The notes under the pieces were generated by a model. It was not told where the DNA came from. It saw only the letters and a list, made by a program, of their open reading frames with translations, and ran no database searches. Below, piece by piece: positions 62,216-64,000 of a stretch of DNA of 64,000 nucleotides. The stretch is from Ascidiella aspersa (lineage: Eukaryota), in NCBI GenBank assembly GCA_963924565.1, contig OZ004615.1, positions 3,286,001 through 3,350,000 of the forward strand, given 5' to 3'. Positions within the stretch are counted from its first letter, which is position 1. Each line of letters begins with the position of its first letter. Both the position numbers and the translations under genes were made by a program.

Positions 62216-64000
62216 GTTCGTGTCATTTTTTTCAAGTTTTTTTAAACGGGGTGTGGTGATTTTGTCGCGCTTTTCTGTATTGTGTCCTTTGATGGGCGGA
62301 AACAGCTTAATCACAAACAAACAGAAGTCATTATCTGTTGTGATTGCGTAGACTCACACCCAGGCTGGCAGAATCTTGCCAGCCTTCTGGTGACAAGCAT
62401 TTTGGGCGAAAATTCTGTGGTTTTTGGTCGCGCCCCTAAACTTAAATGATGTGTTCGCCAAAGGAATGTATGAACCTTGCCATGTTTTGGCGATAAACAA
62501 GGCTATTAATAATAAAATTAGACAAGAAAACGTAGCGCCGAAGGCGCAAAAAATTTTGTGACATGAAGTCATTAACAAATACATAAGGGACATGTGAAGG
62601 TACAACCTGGGGCCTGGGGATGTACGTACATGTCTGCTTTTCTTGCTTTAAAAGTGTTACATAGATAAGCTGTTTTCAGGCAAACTTGTGTGAAAACGTG
62701 CTGCTCAAAACCAGATTAAAAAGCACGAAAAAATATTCTTTGGCTAAATTTCCAATTTATATTGCTCAAAATAATGATATTTATAATAAAATGTAATAGA
62801 AATTGTCACAGTCACATTGCAACGTGCCCCATAGTATGCATATTACCTTTGGGATAGATTTGTTGAAAACAAAGACACATAAACGTAAAAAAACCAGGCT
62901 AAAGATTTTTGCATTTGCATAATTAAACAACCAAAAATATACTTTAGGCCTTAGGGGGAGAAGCATAGCCTGGTACATCCTTAATATGCCGATGCGAATG
63001 TTATACCTGTACATTTAACAGAAATGGGGAATTCAACTCAATATACAGGAAATCAACTAAATATAGCAGTACTTGCCAATTCAAAGTAAAACTGCCAACA
63101 CGTAACAATTGTATGATCAAAAATGTGTACTTTTTAAAATAATAAACAGTCTATATGCCTTACACTGGCTTTTTCTCACTTCACACTACCTTAACTTTTT
63201 TCAAAATGACACAACAAAATTAATTTCTGCCCATTGTAGTGTGTAATGTTATTACTTATTACATATTTCCGCTTTTCAAAAATATATGTGATTAAATATG
63301 TGTGGAAACAACCACAAGGTATTTTGAAAATTGGATGTTGAAAAAAACTTCAAAAAAAAAACTTCCGAAAAAAAAAGAAAAATTTTTTTTTTTTTTTTTT
63401 TTTTAAATTTTTCTTTTTTACTTGAATTTTTTTTTTGTACCAATTTCTTCAGTTTTCTGGCTGATTCTTTGGCCGACATAGTCGCCAAGTCGCCAGCATT
63501 CTGCCATACTGCTCACACCACTAATCAACACTCAATTTACTGTTTCCTATGTTTAAATTGATTTAGGCTGATTTTAATGTGCTGAATCCAAAAATAACAT
63601 TGGTTTTGCTTTATTAGGTCAAATTTTTTTACCTTCAACATTTATTTTATTTATTTTTTTCTATTCAAAAGTGTTTAACACTTTTCAATTGATTCAGAAT
63701 GATTTTGGTGTGAGGAAATTAAAAACAAGAATGACTTTCTTTTTTTGAGTTTTTCATTTTTAGATTCTGAACATATCACATTTTTTTCCCTTTTTTGAAG
63801 GTTAAAAGTAATAAAAGACTCATTAGTATATGTAAGCAACTAATAACAAGCTATAGTGCAATAGCTAGGGCTCCTTGATGCTTGAATTACAAACACAAAG
63901 TGAGGATGAAACACGATCAAAATCACCTGGACCAACAGACGAGTTAAAGCACATGAGTACGAGGAAAGCATGTAACAGTTGTAAGTGTTCAAAATGGCAC

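Overview
AT-rich, intron-dense animal DNA, most likely an ascidian (tunicate); this is inferred from the fibronectin architecture. The ORF track mostly captures exon fragments or noise, so I rebuilt two + strand spliced genes by hand, with splice phases consistent throughout. (1) 8584-14633: a complete gene of 10 coding exons for a ~310-aa secreted protein with a signal peptide, an RQKR furin site and four chitin-binding peritrophin-A (CBM14) domains. (2) 21545->62215: the first 42 coding exons (~2,090 aa, running off the window) of a giant fibronectin: SP-FN1-like x3-FN2 x2-Ig-FN3 x4-FN1 x2-Ig-FN3 x2-Ig-FN3 x8. Introns carry many MITEs, tRNA-derived repeats and local tandem duplications. The most striking unexplained structure is that the fibronectin introns hold 'ghost' copies of fibronectin-type exons. 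One is a complete antisense FN3 exon (39456-39561) nearly complementary to a sense exon 21 kb downstream. Another antisense FN3 fragment lies inside a fold-back repeat (40665-40769). Two duplicated exon edges differ from the real exons only at synonymous sites. The FN3 array also has 18 consecutive phase-0 introns.
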